Assembly (NCBI GenBank): GCA_028698215.1
Contig: JAQVDY010000004.1
Coordinates: 481 to 64,480 of the forward strand
Source: Actinomycetota bacterium
GTDB taxonomy: Bacteria > Actinomycetota > Humimicrobiia > Humimicrobiales > Humimicrobiaceae
Direction: 5' to 3'
DNA: 64,000 nucleotides
Part shown: piece after piece, positions 21,246 through 31,502 of the stretch
Layout of the letters: the number at the start of each line of letters is the position of its first letter
Numbering within the stretch: the stretch's first letter is position 1
Program-made: the position numbers and the translations under genes
Notes under the pieces: generated by a model
The model's input: only the letters and a program-made list of their open reading frames with translations
Database searches by the model: none
What the model was told of the DNA's origin: nothing

Positions 21246-22784
21246 ATGAATAATAGCAGCTTCAATGAAAAGTACCTGGTGGAAACAGAACAGCCTTTAA
21301 GCGAACCTCTGCAGCTAAAACTGGACCAGATAAAAAGCATGAAGCAAAAAGGGGAAAAGCTGTACTGCAATGATTTTAAGCCTGATATTGACCTGGAAAC
21401 CTTAAAGGAAAAATTTAAAGACTTACAGCAAGGTGATAAGACTCCCCGGGAGTTTAAGGTAGCCGGCAGGATTACTGGCTTCAGGAAACACGGGAAAGCT
21501 ACTTTTGCCGATCTGAAGGACCCTAAGGGCAAACTTCAACTTTACCTCAGTCAAAAAGTAGTGGGAGAAGAACAATACCATAAGTTTGGGCAGCTGGATA
21601 TAGGAGATTGGATAGGAGTAGAGGGACCCCTCTTTAAAACCCGGACCGGTGAGCTTTCTTTAAGTGTGCAGCAGTACAAATTGCTTTCCAAGTCCATTAG
21701 GATACTGCCGGAGAAGTGGCATGGCTTAAAGGATAAGGAGCTCAGGTATAGACAGAGGTATCTGGACTTCCTGGTTAATCCTCAGGTCAAGGAAGTATTT
21801 CTTAAAAGAATAAAAATAATAGAAAAGATAAGAGAATTTTTAAACCAAAAGGGTTTTTTGGAGGTGGAGACGCCAATGCTTCAAACTATTCCGGGCGGAG
21901 CCACAGCCAGGCCATTTGTTACTCACCATAATGCCTTGGATATAGATCTGTATCTAAGAATAGCGCCGGAACTTTATTTAAAACGCCTTATAGTGGGTGG
22001 GTTTGAAAAAGTTTATGAGATAAACAGAAATTTTAGAAATGAAGGAATATCCTATAAACATAATCCTGAATTTACCATGCTGGAATTTTACCAGATGTTT
22101 TCTAATTATCAGGAGCTGGCCCTGCTTACCCAGGATTTGGTAAAATATGCAGCTGGGCAGGCGCTGGGCAGCCTCAAAGTCAGCTACAGGGGCCAGGATA
22201 TTAACCTGGAAGGTGATTGGAAAAAAATAAGTATGGTAGAAGCCATAAAAGAAATAGGCGATATTGAGGTTAGCTTTGACCATAGTAAGGAACAGCTGAC
22301 AAAGGTAGCCCAGGGCTTAGGCTTGGAAATACCTGCCTTTTTTGGCAAGGGTAAAATCATAAACCAAATCTTTGAAGCAGTGGTGGAACCTAAGCTTATC
22401 CAACCTACCTTTATCATGGATTTTCCCAAAGAAATATCTCCTTTAGCCCAGCAGCATCCTGACAACCCGGAACTGGTAGAAAGATTTGAGCTGTTTATAG
22501 GGGGAGAAGAGATAGCCAATGCTTTTACGGAGTTAACTGATCCCGCTGAACAACTGTCCAGGTTTATGCTTCAGTCTAAAAGCAGTGATGAAGAAGAAAG
22601 GCTTAGCGGCAAAATTGACCAGGATTTCATTAAGGCGCTGGAATACGGAATGCCCCCTACCGGGGGAGAAGGCATAGGCATAGACCGGCTGGTTATGGTG
22701 CTAACCGGGTCAGAATCCATTAAGGACGTATTGCTGTTTCCATTGATGAAGCCCGAACAGGAACCTGGGCAAGTTAATATTTGA
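21246..22784 (+). CDS. lysS: Lysyl-tRNA synthetase (class II)
   Basis: RYRQRYLD, EVETPM, LRIAPEL, FRNEG, HNPEFTMLE, ERFELF, GMPPTGGEGIGIDRL. Confidence 0.98.
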   Translation: MNNSSFNEKYLVETEQPLSEPLQLKLDQIKSMKQKGEKLYCNDFKPDIDLETLKEKFKDLQQGDKTPREFKVAGRITGFRKHGKATFADLKDPKGKLQLYLSQKVVGEEQYHKFGQLDIGDWIGVEGPLFKTRTGELSLSVQQYKLLSKSIRILPEKWHGLKDKELRYRQRYLDFLVNPQVKEVFLKRIKIIEKIREFLNQKGFLEVETPMLQTIPGGATARPFVTHHNALDIDLYLRIAPELYLKRLIVGGFEKVYEINRNFRNEGISYKHNPEFTMLEFYQMFSNYQELALLTQDLVKYAAGQALGSLKVSYRGQDINLEGDWKKISMVEAIKEIGDIEVSFDHSKEQLTKVAQGLGLEIPAFFGKGKIINQIFEAVVEPKLIQPTFIMDFPKEISPLAQQHPDNPELVERFELFIGGEEIANAFTELTDPAEQLSRFMLQSKSSDEEERLSGKIDQDFIKALEYGMPPTGGEGIGIDRLVMVLTGSESIKDVLLFPLMKPEQEPGQVNI

Positions 22785-22793
22785 TTTTAAAAA

Positions 22794-22802
22794 TGTTATA
22801 AT
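22794..22802 (+). promoter_or_regulatory. Extended -10 promoter for mcsA-mcsB-clpC
   Basis: TGTTATAAT ending 19 nt before the mcsA ATG; no CtsR heptad repeat seen. Confidence 0.5.
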
Positions 22803-22820
22803 GCAATCGGTGATGTCAAT

Positions 22821-23363
22821 ATGTTATGCGATTTTTGTGGCAGCAATGATGCCAATGTCCATTTAATTAAAATCATTGATAATCAGGTAGAAAAAGTTAA
22901 TTTATGTGAAGATTGTGCCCGTCAGATTTCCATGGGATCAGACCAGGACATCCTTGAAGGTCTGGCTGATATTTTGATTAAATTATTTACGCATCGTAAT
23001 AAGGGGCAATCATCCAAGTCTCTGCCTGAGATAAAAGAAAGTGCCGAAGGCAATAAAAAGTGCGTTAATTGCGGTATAGATCTGAGCACTATTAAAAAAA
23101 CAGGTAAGGTGGGTTGCGCCCATTGCTATAAAGAATTTAGTGAAGTATTTTTACCGCTATTGGAAGCTATACATGGAAGTGTGGAATACAAGGGTAAAAT
23201 ACCTGTCAATTCTAGTTTTACCTATAAAGTGGAAAAGAAAATAAAGGATTTAAAAATCAGGCTTAATGAAGCGGTTATCATAGAGAATTTCGAAGAAGCG
23301 GCTAAATTAAGGGATATGATTAAAAGACTACAAAAGAGACTCTATGTAAAGAGTAAAAAATGA
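22821..23363 (+). CDS. mcsA: McsA (Zn-binding, UVR domain) ClpC/McsB activator
   Basis: Four CxxC motifs (CDFC, CEDC, CVNC, CAHC), HG...YKGKIP, C-terminal UVR-like ENFEEAAKLRD. Confidence 0.92.
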   Translation: MLCDFCGSNDANVHLIKIIDNQVEKVNLCEDCARQISMGSDQDILEGLADILIKLFTHRNKGQSSKSLPEIKESAEGNKKCVNCGIDLSTIKKTGKVGCAHCYKEFSEVFLPLLEAIHGSVEYKGKIPVNSSFTYKVEKKIKDLKIRLNEAVIIENFEEAAKLRDMIKRLQKRLYVKSKK

Positions 23364-24424
23364 AAGGCCTAACCACATACCTTAAAGCCAGGAAAAATGT
23401 GGCGGACAACGGTCCGATTTTGTATAGCAGGGTTAGTGTATCCAGAAACCTGGTTGGCTATAATTTTGGACAGACTATCAGTACACAGGATAAGAAAAAG
23501 ATACTATCACTGGTTAAAATAACCGCTTCCAATATAGATGAATTTTCCCATTTTGCTTTTTTTGACTTAAGAAGGCTTAACCAGCTGGAGAGAGAGCTAT
23601 TGGTAGAAAGCAATATAATCACCCGGACCATGGTTAGCAAAGTGACCGGAAAAGGGGTGTTTATAAAGTTAAAAGATAATGGAAGCAATACCATAAGCTC
23701 AGTGATGGTAAACGAAGATGACCACTTTAAGATTCAAGCCCTTACTCCCGGCCTGGGACTTTATGAAGGCCATAAGAATGTAATTGGCTTAGAAAAGCAG
23801 CTGGAAAGCAAGTTAAGCTTTTGTTTTGACCGTGATTTAGGATACCTTACTGCCTGTCCCACCATGGTGGGTTCAGGATTTGAAGCGTCAGTGCTGGTTC
23901 ACCTGCCCTCGCTAGTGATGAGCTTCAAGATTAACGACTTGATAAAAAGACTGAACCAGCTTAATTGTACCTTGCAGGGCTATCATTTAGAAGGGTCAGA
24001 GGTCTTAGGTAACCTGTTTCTGGTATCAAAGGAAAGTTCACTGAAAAACAATGATATCGACACTGTTGAAGAAATGGTAGCAATTTGTTTAAATATCATT
24101 GAAGAGGAAAACTTGCAGACGGAAGCTTTAATTAAGGATACGCCCATAAGCGTGGCGGATAATATATATAGGTCTTACGGGGTCCTTGAATATGCGCAGC
24201 TGCTATCATTTGATGAAGCTATTGAACTTCTGTCTATGGTGCTTTTAGGTAAAAAGTTGAAAATCTTGTATAATTTAAAGGAGTTTGATTTTTATCAGGT
24301 GATAAATATAATTGGTAATTCATATATAAGAAGTTATTTTGGAAATAAGGATGATACCGAAGATCAGGTTGATGCTATAAGGGCAGATATACTGAGAAAA
24401 GAAATTTTAAAAGGGAATGATTAA
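23360..24424 (+). CDS. mcsB: McsB-family ATP:guanido phosphotransferase, probably catalytically degenerate
   Basis: Fold motifs NEDDH, GYLTACPT, HLP, EGSE, YRSYG and position between mcsA and clpC; several ATP-binding Arg replaced (see findings). Confidence 0.88.
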   Translation: MKGLTTYLKARKNVADNGPILYSRVSVSRNLVGYNFGQTISTQDKKKILSLVKITASNIDEFSHFAFFDLRRLNQLERELLVESNIITRTMVSKVTGKGVFIKLKDNGSNTISSVMVNEDDHFKIQALTPGLGLYEGHKNVIGLEKQLESKLSFCFDRDLGYLTACPTMVGSGFEASVLVHLPSLVMSFKINDLIKRLNQLNCTLQGYHLEGSEVLGNLFLVSKESSLKNNDIDTVEEMVAICLNIIEEENLQTEALIKDTPISVADNIYRSYGVLEYAQLLSFDEAIELLSMVLLGKKLKILYNLKEFDFYQVINIIGNSYIRSYFGNKDDTEDQVDAIRADILRKEILKGND

Positions 24425-26891
24425 TATGTTTGAGAGATTTACAGAAAGGGCCAGGAAAGTTGTAGTCAGGGCTCAGGATGAAGCCAGGTTCCTAAAGCAG
24501 AATTATATAGGAACCGAACACCTTTTGCTGGGCCTTATAGATGAAAAGGAAGGTATTGCCTCTAAGGTTTTAGAAACCCTTAATGTTACTGCTACCGATA
24601 TAAGAAATGCCGTTAATGATTCGGTTACAGAAGGAAGCTCGGAATCTTATGAGCATATACCGTTTACTCCCAGAGCCAAGAAAGTGTTAGAGCTTTCCTT
24701 AAGAGAAGCATTGCAGATGGGGCATAACTATATTGGCACTGAACATATATTGCTGGGTTTGTTAAGGGAAGGGGAAGGAGTAGCGGCCAGGGTACTTAAC
24801 AGCCTGGGTATAACTTTAGAAACGGTTAAATCCAAGGTTAAGGAAGTACTAAACAAGTATCCCTTCTACTCCCAAAGCCAGGATAACCAGACTTCGGCCA
24901 GAAGCGGAAAGAAAGTTCTTAAGACTTTAAGCCAGTATGGCAAAGATTTAACCTTGATGGCCCAGGAAGGCAAGCTTGATCCGGTAATAGGGAGGAAAAA
25001 AGAAATAGAAAGGCTGATGCAGATACTTTCCAGAAGGACCAAGAATAATCCCATACTTATTGGAGAGTCTGGAGTGGGCAAAACTGCTATTGTGGAGGGT
25101 TTGGCCCAACAGATAGTATCACAATCAGTTCCTTCCAACCTGCAGGATAAAAAGATTTTTACCCTGGATTTGGGCTCATTGGTAGCAGGGTCCAGGTACA
25201 GGGGTGATTTTGAAGAAAGGCTTAAGAAAGTTCTGGCTGAAATAAAAGAAGATGGTGATGTAATATTATTTATCGATGAGGTCCACACCTTGGTAGGAGC
25301 GGGAGCAGCTGAGGGGGCTATTGATGCTGCCAGCATATTAAAACCCATGATGGCCAGGGGGGAAATACAAACCATTGGAGCTACCACTAATAGTGAATTC
25401 CGGAAATATGTAGAAAAAGATAAAGCTTTGGAAAGAAGGTTTCAACCCATATATGTGGATGAGCCCAGCGTGTTTGAAACCATTGAAATATTGAACGGCT
25501 TAAAGAAAAGATATGAGGCTTTCCATAATTTAACCATAACCGATAATGCCGTTTCCAGTGCAGCCAAGCTTTCCCAGCGCTATATTTCTGACCGGTTTTT
25601 GCCGGATAAGGCCATTGACTTAATAGACGAAGCTGCTTCCAGGGTCAGGATACGGGCATTGGTAACTCCTCCTGATCTTAAGGAGATAAACAAGGATATA
25701 AACAAAATTGTAAACGAAAAGGAAGATGCCATAAAGTCGCAGGATTTTGAACGGGCAGCGCAGCTGAGGGATAAGGAAAAGCAGCTTATTAAGGAAAAAA
25801 GGGAAATCGAAGAAAGAAACAAGCGCAGCGACCATACCGAGAAAATAGTGGTAGATGAAAATGAAATAGCTGAAGTACTTTCCAGCTGGACTGGGGTTCC
25901 GGTTTATAAATTAACCTCCACAGAGTCTAAAAAACTGATGAATATGGAAAAGGAGCTTCACCGCCGGGTAGTAGGCCAGGATGAAGCTATAAAGACAGTG
26001 TCAAAAGCTATCAGGCGTACCCGGTCAGGATTAAAAGATCCTAAAAGACCTATTGGTTCCTTTATGTTTTTAGGGCCTTCAGGAGTAGGCAAGACTGAGC
26101 TGGCCAAAACAATTGCTGAATTTTTATTTGATAGGGAAGAGGCACTGATACAAATTGATATGTCAGAATATATGGAAAAACATTCTGTATCCAAGCTGGT
26201 AGGCTCGCCTCCAGGATATGTGGGTTATGATGAGGGAGGACAGTTAACCGAAGCTATTAGGAGAAGGCCTTACAGCGTTATATTGCTGGATGAAGTGGAA
26301 AAAGCCCATCCAGATGTATTTAACATTCTGCTTCAAATATTTGAAGACGGACATCTTACAGACTCTCAGGGCAGAAGGGTTGATTTTAAAAATACGGTAA
26401 TCATCATGACTTCCAATTTGGGAGCAAGGGAGATACAGAAGAATACTCCTTTAGGGTTTAAGGCTGCTGATAACCGTGAGCTGTCCTACAATGAAATAAA
26501 AGATAAGGTGATGAGTGAGCTAAAACAGACTTTCAGGCCTGAGTTCTTAAACAGGGTAGATGAGGTAATAGTATTCCATAAACTGACTAAAGAGCAGATT
26601 TACAGCATCATAGACTTGATGATTTCCAGGCTGGCCCAGCAGCTGGAACTGCAGGGTATCATAATAGAAATTACTGAATCTGCCAAAGAGCTGCTACTGA
26701 ATAAAGGCTATGATGAAAAAATGGGAGCCAGGCCCATGAGAAGAAGTATACAGAACTTAATTGAAGATCCTATCTCGGAGAAAATCATAAATGGCGAAAT
26801 AAAGAGTGGCCAAGCGATAAGGGTCAGCTCCGAAGATGGCCAGATGATATTTGATATAAAAAAAGTAAACGGCAGTATGCTAAAAGTCTAA
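24417..26891 (+). CDS. clpC: ATP-dependent Clp protease ATPase subunit ClpC
   Basis: Two Clp-N repeats (FTER/GTEH, FTPR/GTEH), Walker A GESGVGKT and GPSGVGKT, UVR coiled coil, TPLGF ClpP-docking loop. Confidence 0.98.
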   Translation: MINMFERFTERARKVVVRAQDEARFLKQNYIGTEHLLLGLIDEKEGIASKVLETLNVTATDIRNAVNDSVTEGSSESYEHIPFTPRAKKVLELSLREALQMGHNYIGTEHILLGLLREGEGVAARVLNSLGITLETVKSKVKEVLNKYPFYSQSQDNQTSARSGKKVLKTLSQYGKDLTLMAQEGKLDPVIGRKKEIERLMQILSRRTKNNPILIGESGVGKTAIVEGLAQQIVSQSVPSNLQDKKIFTLDLGSLVAGSRYRGDFEERLKKVLAEIKEDGDVILFIDEVHTLVGAGAAEGAIDAASILKPMMARGEIQTIGATTNSEFRKYVEKDKALERRFQPIYVDEPSVFETIEILNGLKKRYEAFHNLTITDNAVSSAAKLSQRYISDRFLPDKAIDLIDEAASRVRIRALVTPPDLKEINKDINKIVNEKEDAIKSQDFERAAQLRDKEKQLIKEKREIEERNKRSDHTEKIVVDENEIAEVLSSWTGVPVYKLTSTESKKLMNMEKELHRRVVGQDEAIKTVSKAIRRTRSGLKDPKRPIGSFMFLGPSGVGKTELAKTIAEFLFDREEALIQIDMSEYMEKHSVSKLVGSPPGYVGYDEGGQLTEAIRRRPYSVILLDEVEKAHPDVFNILLQIFEDGHLTDSQGRRVDFKNTVIIMTSNLGAREIQKNTPLGFKAADNRELSYNEIKDKVMSELKQTFRPEFLNRVDEVIVFHKLTKEQIYSIIDLMISRLAQQLELQGIIIEITESAKELLLNKGYDEKMGARPMRRSIQNLIEDPISEKIINGEIKSGQAIRVSSEDGQMIFDIKKVNGSMLKV

Positions 26892-26894
26892 AAG

Positions 26895-28004
26895 ATGGAA
26901 AAAAAAGAAGAAAAGCTATTGTTGGAAAGCCTTAAAAGGGTTTCTCCCGGCACTGTGCTTAGAACAGGTATTGAATACATATTGCAGGGCAAAACCGGGG
27001 GCCTGGTTGTAGTGGGTGATTCTGATGAGGTGCTGAAGCTGGTAAACGGCGGTTTCTATATTGGTACTGCTTTTACTCCTGCCAAATTTTATGAATTGGC
27101 CAAGATGGATGGGGCTATTATCCTTAGTTCTGATGCTAAAAAGATCTTGTATGCCAATACCCATTTGTTTCCCAACCCGGAAATAGAGACCTCGGAAACC
27201 GGGACCAGGCACAGGACAGCGGAAAGGGTGGCTAAGCAGACCAAGAACCTGGTTATATCTATTTCCCAGAAAAGGGATATTGTAACTTTATATATAGACA
27301 ATATTAAGTATATGCTGGAAGAGCCAAGAGTAGTGTTGTCTAAGGCCAACCAAGCCCTTCAGACCTTGGAAAAATACAAGAAGGGTTTGGACCAGCTAAC
27401 CTTTAATTTAACTATCAGGGAACTTGAAGATCTGGTGACCTTGTTCGATGCAGTAAGTGTGCTGCAAAGATCAGCTATTGTACAAAATACAGAAAAAGAG
27501 GTAAGAAAATATATATACGAGCTGGGCGCCGATGGAAGGCTGCTCAAAATGCAGGTAGAAGAGCTGATGGCTAATGTAGTAGATGACAGTATCAAGATAA
27601 TTAAAGATTATTCCCACCCCAGACAAGAGGAAACGGCTTTACAGATCAAGGACCATATAAATTTTCTTTCATCCGATGAGGTCCTGGATTTGGATAAGAT
27701 TGCCAAGCTGATAGGATATGATCCGGAAGGGAACTTACGGGAATTTAATGTGCACCCCAGGGGTATAAGGATTGTGAATGAAGCCCGGAGGCTGCCTCAA
27801 GCCGTACTAAATAATTTAATAGAGAGGTTTGGTAATCTCAGCAATATAATGGCAGCAAGCGTGGATGACTTGATAGAAGTAAACGGAATGGGAAAAGTAA
27901 GGGCAAAATCACTTTATGATAAATTAAAGAAATTTTCTGAGTATTATTTGTATAATGAACCTTATAATTTAAGGGGAGGGGTAGTACAAAAACTTAATTT
28001 GTGA
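26895..28004 (+). CDS. disA: DNA integrity scanning diadenylate cyclase
   Basis: KMDGAII, ETGTRHRTAERVA, C-terminal HhH (VNGMGKVRA). Confidence 0.95.
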   Translation: MEKKEEKLLLESLKRVSPGTVLRTGIEYILQGKTGGLVVVGDSDEVLKLVNGGFYIGTAFTPAKFYELAKMDGAIILSSDAKKILYANTHLFPNPEIETSETGTRHRTAERVAKQTKNLVISISQKRDIVTLYIDNIKYMLEEPRVVLSKANQALQTLEKYKKGLDQLTFNLTIRELEDLVTLFDAVSVLQRSAIVQNTEKEVRKYIYELGADGRLLKMQVEELMANVVDDSIKIIKDYSHPRQEETALQIKDHINFLSSDEVLDLDKIAKLIGYDPEGNLREFNVHPRGIRIVNEARRLPQAVLNNLIERFGNLSNIMAASVDDLIEVNGMGKVRAKSLYDKLKKFSEYYLYNEPYNLRGGVVQKLNL

Positions 28005-28040
28005 TATAAACATTTTTATTTATTAAACAAAGACCATTAT

Positions 28041-28754
28041 ATGAATGTTGCCATAATCACCGCGGCTGGTAGGGGTACCAGACTTAAAAGCAATGTTAGC
28101 AAACAGTTCCTAAATTTATATGGAAAACCAATAGTAGCTCATACCTTAGATACTTTTCAAAAAGCCTCTAAAATAGATTTAATTTATTTGGTAGTCTCCC
28201 CCGATTATTTAGATTTTTGTAATACCCACATTATTAAGAAATATAAGTACAGTAAAATAAAGGAAGTGGTATTAGGGGGCAATACCAGGCAGGAATCAGT
28301 TTTCAATGCTTTGCAGAAGCTTCCCCAGGATACAAGCATAGTATCAGTGCATGATGGGGTTAGGCCCCTGATAACTGCAGAGGAGATAGATAAAATAATT
28401 TCTGCTTTAGTTGTTGCCAATCGAAAAGATCCGGAGATAAAAGGGATAATTATGGCTGCTCCTGCTTATGAAACTATAAAAAAAATTTCAGGAAACGATA
28501 TAATTGAAAAAACCATTCAAAGGAATTTGGTCTGGCATGCCCAGACTCCCCAGGTTTTCTTCTATTCTACTCTTAAGGAAGCCCATCTTCAGGCCGTAAG
28601 TTCCAATTATGTGGGAACTGATGATGCGGGACTGGTGGAAATGCTGGGAAAAAAGGTAAAAATATTTAGGGGAAGGCATGAAAACATTAAAATAACCACC
28701 CCTACGGATTTATTTTTAGCGGAGCTGATTATGAGCAGGAAAGGTAATGAATAG
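28041..28754 (+). CDS. ispD: 2-C-methyl-D-erythritol 4-phosphate cytidylyltransferase
   Basis: AAGRGTR, KQF, GGNTRQESV, HDGVRP, AQTPQ, TDDA, NIKITTP. Confidence 0.96.
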   Translation: MNVAIITAAGRGTRLKSNVSKQFLNLYGKPIVAHTLDTFQKASKIDLIYLVVSPDYLDFCNTHIIKKYKYSKIKEVVLGGNTRQESVFNALQKLPQDTSIVSVHDGVRPLITAEEIDKIISALVVANRKDPEIKGIIMAAPAYETIKKISGNDIIEKTIQRNLVWHAQTPQVFFYSTLKEAHLQAVSSNYVGTDDAGLVEMLGKKVKIFRGRHENIKITTPTDLFLAELIMSRKGNE

Positions 28755-28769
28755 GAAAGGAGTCACAGG

Positions 28770-29237
28770 GTGAGGGTAGGTATAGGATATGATGTACACC
28801 GGCTAAAAAAGGGGCGGAAATTAATACTGGGAGGGGTAGATATAAGCTATCACTTGGGTCTAGACGGCCATTCCGATGCTGATGTATTAATACATGCAAT
28901 AATGGATGCCATGCTGGGGGCAGCAGGGTTGCCCGATATTGGAGTAAATTTTCCGGATAATGATTCAGCATATAAGGATATTTCCAGCCTTAAACTTCTT
29001 AAGAAAGTAAATCAGCTGGTTACCGGCAAGGGATTTACCCTGGTAAATGTAGATTCTACGGTTATTGCCCAAGAACCCAAGCTATCCCCATATATGGAGC
29101 AGATGCGGAACAACCTGGCAGAAACGCTTAATATTGATTTAGGGGCAGTAGGAATAAAAGCCACTACCACTGAAGGGTTGGGTTTTTGCGGACAGGGCTT
29201 AGGCATTGCAGCCCAAAGTGTGGTTCTATTAGAATAA
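28770..29237 (+). CDS. ispF: MEcPP synthase
   Basis: GIGYDVH, GHSDADV, GLPDIG, KATTTEGLGF. Confidence 0.97.
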   Translation: MRVGIGYDVHRLKKGRKLILGGVDISYHLGLDGHSDADVLIHAIMDAMLGAAGLPDIGVNFPDNDSAYKDISSLKLLKKVNQLVTGKGFTLVNVDSTVIAQEPKLSPYMEQMRNNLAETLNIDLGAVGIKATTTEGLGFCGQGLGIAAQSVVLLE

Positions 29238-29377
29238 TCCTGTATAACTGGGTTTGATAATGAAAGTGGATTATAATTTATTTTTAGCAATTTAAAAGCA
29301 AGGGCAAAACTGATAATATAAGTAGAAGACCTTAAACCATAAGTGAAAAGTTATTAAAAGAAGGAAATGGAATAATT

Positions 29378-30043
29378 GTGGGGCTAATAGGAGAAATTAA
29401 AGAACAGGTAAGGGCAGCTAAAGAAAGGGACCCGGCCGCAGTAAGCAGTTGGGAGATAATGACTACTTATTCCGGGCTTCATGCAGTAGTGGCCCACCGT
29501 ATTGCACACTGGCTACATAAAAAGAAAATTCCTTTTCTGCCCCGGTGGTGCTCGCAGGTTAGCCGTTTCATTACCGGTATTGAAATACATCCTGCCGCTA
29601 AAATTGGACGCAGGCTATTTATAGACCATGGCATGGGAGTAGTTATTGGTGAGACCACGGAAATTGGTGATGATGTTACCATTTACCAGGGGGTAACTTT
29701 AGGGGGCACTGGTAAGGAAAAAGGTAAAAGGCACCCCACTATAGGCAATGGGGTTACCATTTCAGCAGGAGCTAAAGTACTGGGCTCAATTACAGTGGGA
29801 GATTATGCCATCATCGGTGCCCAGGCGGTAGTAATTAACCCTGTACCCGAAAGGTGTACTGTGGTAGGGGTACCGGGCCGCATAGTCAGGTTAGGGGGAG
29901 AGAAGGTGCTCTCGGACGAGTTTCATCGCATGAAATTACCCGATCCGGTTAATGAACTATTAAGTGATTGCTGTGCTCGTATAAATTTGTTGGAAGCAGA
30001 GCTTAAAAAGCTGAAAAACGAAAAGGAAGGGGAAAATGGGTAA
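29378..30043 (+). CDS. cysE: Serine O-acetyltransferase
   Basis: RDPAA, TGIEIHP, FIDHGMGVVIGET, GGTGKEKGKRHP, VGVPGR. Confidence 0.96.
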   Translation: MGLIGEIKEQVRAAKERDPAAVSSWEIMTTYSGLHAVVAHRIAHWLHKKKIPFLPRWCSQVSRFITGIEIHPAAKIGRRLFIDHGMGVVIGETTEIGDDVTIYQGVTLGGTGKEKGKRHPTIGNGVTISAGAKVLGSITVGDYAIIGAQAVVINPVPERCTVVGVPGRIVRLGGEKVLSDEFHRMKLPDPVNELLSDCCARINLLEAELKKLKNEKEGENG

Positions 30044-31502
30044 TCTGGTAGTTTTTAATACCTTAAGCAAGAAAAAAGAAGAATTTATCCCGGCGCAAAA
30101 GGATAAGGTAAAGATGTATGTATGCGGCCCTACCGTATATAATTACATTTCTATAGGTAATGGCAGGCCCATAGTAGTATTTGATATGGTAAAAAACTAC
30201 CTTGAATACCGTGGCTATAAAGTGGAGTTTGTGCAGAATATAACAGATATAGAAGATAAAATAATAAATAAGGCTAATCAGGAAAAGGTGAGCTACAAGG
30301 AGATAACCCAAAGGTATATCGAAGCTTTCTTAGAGGATTTAGATAATCTTAAAGTAGGGCCTTTTACCCATATGCCCCTGGCTACAAACATGATTGATCA
30401 AATAATAAAAACCATTCAGGCTATCATAGATAATGGATATGGTTATGTGGTTGATGGAAATGTCTACTTTGAGGTAGCTAAATTTCCCTCCTACGGAAAG
30501 CTCAGCGGCCAGAAAATAGAAGAAATGAAAAGCCAGGATGATAATGCTGAGCTGGGCAAAAAGAACAAAGTGGATTTTGCCCTCTGGAAAAAAGCAAAAC
30601 CGGGAGAGCCTAGTTGGCCCAGCCCTTGGGGAGAAGGAAGGCCGGGATGGCATATAGAATGTTCTGCTATGTCTACTGATTTATTAGGCAGCAGTATAGA
30701 TATCCATGGGGGCGGGTTGGATTTGGTATTTCCCCATCACGAAAATGAGATTGCCCAATCTGAAGCAGCTAACCCTGGCCAGGGTCAGTTTGTAAAATAC
30801 TGGTTGCACAATGGGATGATAGAGGTCAAAGATGAAAAAATGTCTAAATCCAGTGGGTTGAAAGAAAACTGGATACTAAAGAACCTGCTAAAAAAATATA
30901 ACCATAATGTTATAAAAATGTATATTCTTTCTACCCATTACCGGAGTCCTTTGGAGTTTAGTGAAGAAAAACTTCAGGAAGCAACTAAAGCAGTTTCCAG
31001 GATAACCAATACCTTGAGGAACATAAGGTTTTTGATGGAAGAAAAAACCCCGGTACCAGGACAAAAAGATGATTATGATAATTTTCAAAAGATGGCTGAT
31101 AAGGCTGTGTTGGAATTTAGGTCCAGCATGGATGATGATTTTAACTCGGCCAAAGCCATAGGTGATGTTTTTGAGATGATTAAAAAGGTGAACTCATTAA
31201 TCCAGGATACTAATTTTAAAAATAGTGAATGGTCTATAAAGGGGCTGGAACTGGTTTATGGGCTCATACTGGAACTTATGCAAATTCTGGGTTTTGATTT
31301 TATGCATGAAGTGGAGCATCCGGAGAAGAAATCAAAAATCAGCCAGCAGGAGATAGAAGATTATATTGCCCATAGAAATAAAGCCAGGGCTGACAAGGAT
31401 TTTGCTAAGGCAGACCAGATAAGGGAAGAGCTGGAAAAAAGGGGAGTTGTATTAGAAGACAGAAAAGAAGGGACCATATACAGGTATGAACATGGAGAAT
31501 AA
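30036..31502 (+). CDS. cysS: Cysteinyl-tRNA synthetase
   Basis: CGPTVY, DFALWK, GRPGWHIECS, HGGGLDLVFPHHENE, KMSKS. Confidence 0.97.
   Translation: MGNLVVFNTLSKKKEEFIPAQKDKVKMYVCGPTVYNYISIGNGRPIVVFDMVKNYLEYRGYKVEFVQNITDIEDKIINKANQEKVSYKEITQRYIEAFLEDLDNLKVGPFTHMPLATNMIDQIIKTIQAIIDNGYGYVVDGNVYFEVAKFPSYGKLSGQKIEEMKSQDDNAELGKKNKVDFALWKKAKPGEPSWPSPWGEGRPGWHIECSAMSTDLLGSSIDIHGGGLDLVFPHHENEIAQSEAANPGQGQFVKYWLHNGMIEVKDEKMSKSSGLKENWILKNLLKKYNHNVIKMYILSTHYRSPLEFSEEKLQEATKAVSRITNTLRNIRFLMEEKTPVPGQKDDYDNFQKMADKAVLEFRSSMDDDFNSAKAIGDVFEMIKKVNSLIQDTNFKNSEWSIKGLELVYGLILELMQILGFDFMHEVEHPEKKSKISQQEIEDYIAHRNKARADKDFAKADQIREELEKRGVVLEDRKEGTIYRYEHGE

Noticed and set aside
22785-22820. CtsR operator upstream of mcsA
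   Set aside because: No GGTCAAA heptad direct repeat, and ctsR is absent
29238-29377. T-box or c-di-GMP-I riboswitch upstream of cysE (GGGCAAAAC word)
   Set aside because: No T-box UGGNACC bulge or terminator; no GAAA tetraloop or second GEMM stem
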